From: Nannocystis bainbridge
Lineage (GTDB): Bacteria; Myxococcota_A; Polyangia; Nannocystales; Nannocystaceae
Reading direction: 5' to 3'
Assembly: GCF_028368995.1 (NCBI RefSeq)
Contig: NZ_JAQNDL010000001.1
Coordinates: 3,680,001 to 3,744,000, forward strand
Length of the DNA: 64,000 nucleotides
In this document: positions 59,132 through 64,000 of the stretch, one piece after another
Numbering within the stretch: the first letter of the stretch is position 1
Layout: each line of letters starts with the position of its first letter
Made by a program: the position numbers and the translations under genes
The notes under the pieces: model-generated
Database searches by the model: none
The model's input: only the letters and a program-made list of their open reading frames with translations
Told to the model about the DNA's origin: nothing

Positions 59132-59926
59132 ATGAGCGCCGTCCTGCCGCACGCCCCGCTGTCCGTCCTGAGCCCCTCGCCTGCCCCGGTCGCGCTGCGC
59201 CTTGACGGCGTCACCAAGCGCCACGGCGCCGGCGGCGACGCGGTCGTGGCGCTCGACACGATGTCCTTCGCCGTGAAGAAGGGCGAATTCGTGTGCGTCG
59301 TCGGGGCCTCCGGCTGCGGCAAGTCGACCATGCTGAACCTCGTCGCCGGGCTCGACACGCCCTCGGCCGGCAAGGTCACCGTCGCCGGCGAGCGCCCCGC
59401 TCTGATGTTCCAGGAGTCGGCGCTATTCCCCTGGCTCAGCGTCGAGGAGAACGTCGCCTTCCCGCTGCAGATGCAGGGCCTGTCGCGCAAGGCCCGGGCC
59501 GCGCGGGTCGCCGAGCTGCTGCACCTCGTCCACCTCGACAAGTTCGCCAAGCGGCGCCCGCACGAGCTTTCGGGCGGCATGAAGCAGCGCGTCGCCCTCG
59601 CCCGCGCCCTCGCCCAGCAGGCCGAGCTGCTGCTGATGGACGAGCCGTTCGCCGCCCTCGACGCCATGATGCGCGACCACCTCCACAGCGAGCTCGAGAC
59701 CCTGTGGCAGAAGACCGGCCTCACCGTCGTGTTCGTCACCCACAACGTCCGCGAGGCCGTGCGCCTCGGCGACCGCGTCCTGCTCCTGTCCTCGCGGCCA
59801 GGTCGGCTCGTCGCCGAGTACCAGGTCGACCTCGACCGCCCGCGCCGCATCGAGTCGCCCGAGGTCGCCCGCCTCGCCCGCACGATCACCGACCGCCTGC
59901 TCGAGGCCGCCCGTGCCGCAGCGTGA
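59132..59926 (+). CDS. ABC transporter ATPase (nitrate/sulfonate/taurine type)
   Basis: GASGCGKST; FQESALFPW; LSGGMKQR; LLMDEPFAALD; FVTH. Confidence 0.95.
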   Translation: MSAVLPHAPLSVLSPSPAPVALRLDGVTKRHGAGGDAVVALDTMSFAVKKGEFVCVVGASGCGKSTMLNLVAGLDTPSAGKVTVAGERPALMFQESALFPWLSVEENVAFPLQMQGLSRKARAARVAELLHLVHLDKFAKRRPHELSGGMKQRVALARALAQQAELLLMDEPFAALDAMMRDHLHSELETLWQKTGLTVVFVTHNVREAVRLGDRVLLLSSRPGRLVAEYQVDLDRPRRIESPEVARLARTITDRLLEAARAAA

Positions 59927-59996
59927 GCTCGCCGGCGACCCCCTGGCCCGCGCGCACCTGCACGCCGTGCCCGGCGGCGACGACGGCGGGGCCACC

Positions 59997-60038
59997 GGTC
60001 GTGAGGGACATGTCCTGATCGACATGCCCGAACGGACA
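59997..60038. repeat. Three 14-bp palindrome units at the permease 5' end
   Basis: ggtcgtgagggaca|tgtcctgatcgaca|tgcccgaacggaca. Confidence 0.7.
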
Positions 60039-60914
60039 GAGGCCGAGGACCCGCTGCGCGCCGGCCTGCGCGCCGCCGTCGGCGACCCCTCGCACGACAG
60101 CCCCGGCCCCGGCGACCGGCCCGGCCGCGGGCGCGCGCTGTGGTCCAGCGCCTGGCCCAAGCTGACCGCGGTGGCGATGGCCCTGGTGGTGTGGGAGCTG
60201 GTGGTGCTGAGCGGCTGGCGGCCCGAGTACGTGCTGCCGGGCCCGGGCGCGGTGCTCGGCCGGCTGTGGACCGACCTGCTGGCCGGCGACATCGGCGTGG
60301 CCGCGGCGATCACGATGAAGCGGGCGGTGATCGGCTACGCGATCGCGCTGGTCGCCGGGGTCAGCCTCGGCCTCGTGCTCGCGCGGGTGAAGGTCCTGCG
60401 CACCGCCGCGGGCTCACTGCTGACCGGCCTGCAGACGATGCCGAGCGTGGCGTGGTTCCCGCTGGCGATCTTGCTGTTCCAGCTCAGCGAGGCGGCGATC
60501 CTCGCGGTCGTGGTGCTCGGCGCGGCGCCGTCGATCGCCATCGGCCTGCTCACCAGCACCGACCAGGTCCCGCCGCTGCTGGTCCGCGCCGGCAAGGTCA
60601 TGGGCGCCCGCGGCTTCGCGCTGTACCGCCACATCATCATCCCCGCCGCCCTGCCCGGCTTCGTCGCCGGCCTCAAGCAGGGCTGGGCGTTCGCCTGGCG
60701 CAGCCTCATGGCCGGCGAGCTGCTCGTCATCATCGGCCACGCCCCGTCGATCGGCGTGCGCCTGCAGTTCTCGCGCGAGCTCAGCGACGCCGAGGGCCTG
60801 CTCGCCTGGATGCTCGTCGTCATGCTGCTCGGCGTGCTCGTCGACGGCCTGGTGTTCGGCGCGCTCGAGCGGAAGATCCGCGAAGGCCGCGGGCTCACCG
60901 CCGAGCACGCGTGA
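60024..60914 (+). CDS. ABC transporter permease (SsuC/TauC type)
   Basis: LQTMPSVAWFPLA; EAA-like loop RAGKVMGA; WRSLMAGEL; start could also be 59913. Confidence 0.92.
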   Translation: MPERTEAEDPLRAGLRAAVGDPSHDSPGPGDRPGRGRALWSSAWPKLTAVAMALVVWELVVLSGWRPEYVLPGPGAVLGRLWTDLLAGDIGVAAAITMKRAVIGYAIALVAGVSLGLVLARVKVLRTAAGSLLTGLQTMPSVAWFPLAILLFQLSEAAILAVVVLGAAPSIAIGLLTSTDQVPPLLVRAGKVMGARGFALYRHIIIPAALPGFVAGLKQGWAFAWRSLMAGELLVIIGHAPSIGVRLQFSRELSDAEGLLAWMLVVMLLGVLVDGLVFGALERKIREGRGLTAEHA

Positions 60915-60980
60915 GGCCCACGGCCGCAGGATGAATCCGAGCGGATGCTCGCGGCCTCGTCCGCGAGGCCGCCTGCGACG

Positions 60981-61932
60981 TCATCGCTGCGTCAGACGCA
61001 GCGTGAAGTCCCGCGTGAGCCCAGCGACACCGTCGACCGCGACCTCCCACGTGCATGCCGCAAAGGCCAGCTCCAAGATGTCGCCGTAGCCCAGTGATTT
61101 GTAGTCGTACGACTCGGGCGGGAGCTCCCCTGTGTCGACGCAGTCCACGGGAAAGAGATCGACCCTCCCGCCACCCGCGATGAACTCGACCCGCAATGTT
61201 CCGGCCTGCGCGACCGTGAAACAATAGCTTCGAAGCGTCACGAAGCCGTAATCGCGTGGGCCGAAGGTCGATGCGGCGTTGCAATCGACCCTGTCCGTGA
61301 ATTCCAGCGCCGATCCCTCCCATGTCAGCATATAAGCAGGGTCGCAAGTCTCCGACCAGGAATACTCCTTGAGCCCCGACGCCCGCCAAGCGCTGTCGGC
61401 ATCCTCGATCGAGAGCCCGAAGTGACTGAGGAATGCTTCGCCATATGCCTCGCCGCCGAGGTATCGCGGATCGTTGAAGAACGCCACCAGGGACGCGTCG
61501 CCGTAATTGGCCCGCAGCCATGATGCGAAGTGTCCGGCGATGGCGTAGTCTCCGGGCACGAACTTATCCTCGCCGCGAGGAAAGTCAGCCAGCAAAGCGG
61601 GCCCACGCTCGCTCTCGCTCGGTTCTAGCCGCGCGGAGAACGGGTGCCAGCGGTACCCGGACAACAACTCGGCGAGCCCTTCCTCGAACAACCAGGTGCC
61701 GACCGCCCCGCCACCGCCCTGACTCTGTCGAACAGCATGGACGAGTTCATGGAAGATCGAGCCGCTGGTGGCAAAGACGCCGCTCGCTCGGGTGCAAGCG
61801 TTCCAGGTCCCACAGTTCCCCTCGACCGCGGACGGTCCGTAATGCACGCACGCGAGAGGAGCTTCGACGCCGAGGAACCCGGCGACGCGCTGTATCTGAC
61901 CCTCCATGGCAGCGAGGGTGCCGGCGCAGAGC
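60981..61932 (-). pseudogene. Probably 5'-truncated HEXXH (gluzincin-like) secreted protein, lower GC
   Basis: IFHELVHAV..FEEGLAE; credible coding begins abruptly at LCAGTLAAMEGQ with no signal peptide. Confidence 0.55.
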
Positions 61933-62332
61933 CGCCGCGATCCACGGGTTCCTGTTCCTGGACGCCGACCGGCTCGCCGCGGCGCTGGCCAACGAGACCG
62001 TCCCCGGCATGCGCGGTGCCCTCGTCAGCGCGGCGCTCGGCGTGGCCCTCGACGACATCGGCGAGGTCGGCCGGCTCGCCCGCGCCGCCTTCGCCGCCGG
62101 TGGCCCCGAGGCGCTGGCAGCCATCAACGCGGCGCTGCAGTACAACTGGCAGTTCCTGGTCGAGGAGTTCGGCGCGGCCAGCGACGACGCGCATCTGCGC
62201 GAGCAACTCGAGGGCTTCATCACCGAGGGCCTCGCGCCGCCGGCGGTCGACGAGCACGGTGAGCCGCCCGACATGTACGGCGACACGTACGGCCACGAGG
62301 ACCTCGAGAAAGCGGAAGACGACGATGCCTGA
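61930..62332 (+). pseudogene. 3' fragment of a helical hypothetical protein with no evident start
   Basis: AAAIHGFLFLDADRL..EKAEDDDA*; GC3-rich only downstream of about 61930; stop overlaps the next gene. Confidence 0.5.
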
Positions 62333-62864
62333 AGTTCGCCTGATCCCCGACCCAACCCTCGCGCGCGCCGAGATCGTCGCCCGCCTGCGCGCCCTCGGCC
62401 TCACGCTCGAGGAGGAGGCGACGCGGAAGCACACTCGCACCCGCACGATCTGGATGCGCGGCGACGCGGCGAGCGTGCGGCTGGTCGATCATCACATCGT
62501 CGGTGAGCGCCTCGCCGTCGTCGACGGGGACATGCATGACGACATCGTCCAGGCGCTTGCGCCCGTCGACCGCGCGACGCTGCTGGCCACGATCGCCGAC
62601 CCGACGACGATCGCCGCAATGCCGGCGCTGCGCCGCCTGTGCCTGCTCGAACACCACGACCCCTCGCCCGAGCTGCGCGTGCTGCTGGCTCGCGCTCTGC
62701 AAGCGCCGCTGCTGCTGCTGCGCACCTCGGCGATGGCCGCCGCGCTGTGCCTCGCGCCCCCGCACGCCCTGTGGGCCCTCGAGCTGGCGGCCAGCCACGA
62801 GCCGGTCGCCGGGCTGCGCGAACGATACAGCCGGTCGATCGCGTACCACGGCACGCTGGCGTGA
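62325..62864 (+). CDS. Hypothetical protein, HEAT-like C-terminus
   Basis: MPEVRLIPDP..; overlaps the upstream stop; typical codon bias. Confidence 0.6.
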   Translation: MPEVRLIPDPTLARAEIVARLRALGLTLEEEATRKHTRTRTIWMRGDAASVRLVDHHIVGERLAVVDGDMHDDIVQALAPVDRATLLATIADPTTIAAMPALRRLCLLEHHDPSPELRVLLARALQAPLLLLRTSAMAAALCLAPPHALWALELAASHEPVAGLRERYSRSIAYHGTLA

Positions 62865-63105
62865 TACGTACCGGTCCGACGGCGCAAACATCGTCTGGCC
62901 TACCGCTCGCGCCGATGCGTTCCAGAACGCTTCGTATTCGACCTCCTGCAGATTCTAAATGCAGGCTTCAGATCGGCGTGACTCGTCGGATTACATCGGA
63001 GCGACCGGGCCGTGATTCAGATCCAGGTGAGCTTCAAACCTCGCCGGAGCACGCAGCGAGCCGCGGACGCGCCCACGACTCCTCGCATCGTCTCGACGAT
63101 CGCGG

Positions 63106-63531
63106 TCACACCGCGATGTCGAGCATCGGCGTCTCTTCGATCGCCGTATTGGCCACGCGGATCGCCAGGCCTGACATTGCGGCCAGGTCGCCGGCCACGT
63201 CGACCATGTCTTCGTCGCCCGGGTCGACGTACCAGGTCGCACGGACTGCAGCGCCGCGGAGGGTCCATTTCTTCAGGCGGCGCAGCAGCGCCACCAGCTG
63301 CGGACGCGTCGCCGCGTTGAAGTACGTCAGGCGCAGCTCGAGCACCACCGACGCCGGGGGCATCACGATCAGCGCGTCGAGCCACAGGATCAGCGGCGCG
63401 TAGAACAGCGCTGCCTCTTCGGGGTGGCTCTCGCCCTCGAGGCGTAGAAGCCCCAACTCGCCGTCGAAGTCGACACGCGGGGTGGGATTGCTCCCGACCT
63501 GGGCTGGCATGTAAAGGCGTTCTGCGAGCAA
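63106..63531 (-). CDS. siaC: SiaC/DUF1987 family protein
   Basis: TPRVDFD..LRLEGESHPE..FYAPLILWL..LTYFN..WYVDPGDEDM; AAGGAGG upstream of a TTG start. Confidence 0.8.
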   Translation of the reverse strand: MLAERLYMPAQVGSNPTPRVDFDGELGLLRLEGESHPEEAALFYAPLILWLDALIVMPPASVVLELRLTYFNAATRPQLVALLRRLKKWTLRGAAVRATWYVDPGDEDMVDVAGDLAAMSGLAIRVANTAIEETPMLDIAV

Positions 63532-63713
63532 AAGACCCCTCCTTCGCGCCACCATCTCCGATCGCCCAGCTCGGGGCAAGAGCCCCCAACCGAGGGGTTC
63601 CCCGCCTCCAAATCTGCGGAAGTGCGCCTACGGAGGCGCGCCTGCGCGCGCGGGCCCGCCAGCCGCCGGCGTGGACCGACGGTGTACCTTCGGCATGGAC
63701 CCAGGAGCACGTG

Positions 63714-64000
63714 ATGAGCGAAGAGCGGACGTATCTCGAGCTTTCCGAGGAGGGCGGCGGCTCGCACAAGTTTTACGAGGTCGTGGTCAACGGCAAGCAG
63801 GTCGACATCCGCTACGGGCGGATCGGCGACGCCGGGCAGGCCCAGAGCAAGAGCTACGCGACCCCGGCCGAGGCTTTGAAGGAGGCTCAAAAGGCCATTC
63901 AGGGCAAGCTCAAGAAGGGCTACGCGCAGGCGGTCCAGGGCGTCCGCAAGAAGCGCGCGACGACCGAGCGGCCGGTCGCCACCACCAAGGCCGCCAAGGC
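63714..64000 (+). CDS. WGR domain protein (runs off the window)
   Basis: MSEERTYLELSEEGGGSHKFYEV..RYGRIG..KLKKGY; AGGAG RBS. Confidence 0.88.
   Translation, partial: MSEERTYLELSEEGGGSHKFYEVVVNGKQVDIRYGRIGDAGQAQSKSYATPAEALKEAQKAIQGKLKKGYAQAVQGVRKKRATTERPVATTKAAK

Overview
Very GC-rich myxobacterial chromosome segment (Nannocystis-like, inferred from the Thr-rich lipoproteins, Cys-rich CGDG repeats and Ser/Thr kinases). In order: TetR plus RND efflux operon; small membrane genes; an orphan vgrG; LRR lipoprotein; SDR; J-domain protein; a PHB/3-hydroxybutyrate catabolic cluster beside HMG-CoA synthase; L,D-transpeptidase; a tightly coupled operon of Ser/Thr kinase, VKOR-DsbA, Cys-rich OmpA-like protein, small membrane protein and TlpA, next to five Cys-rich-repeat/DUF1554-like lipoproteins (three in a 1378-bp tandem triplication with variable tips); an RNA ligase/HD-Pnk pair; OCD family; BP74-like protein; a kinase-AAA-GAF-histidine kinase; baeRF host-attachment protein; ABC ATPase and permease; a back-to-back truncation junction; SiaC-like and WGR proteins. 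No rRNA, tRNA, CRISPR, transposase or reverse transcriptase was recognised. The most unexpected signal is a 14-bp palindrome, TGTCC-N4-GGACA, at about 13 loci. It mostly forms head-to-tail phased arrays at gene ends, and it also occurs inside CDSs, where it coincides with atypical codons. All family assignments come from reading motifs by eye, not from database searches.
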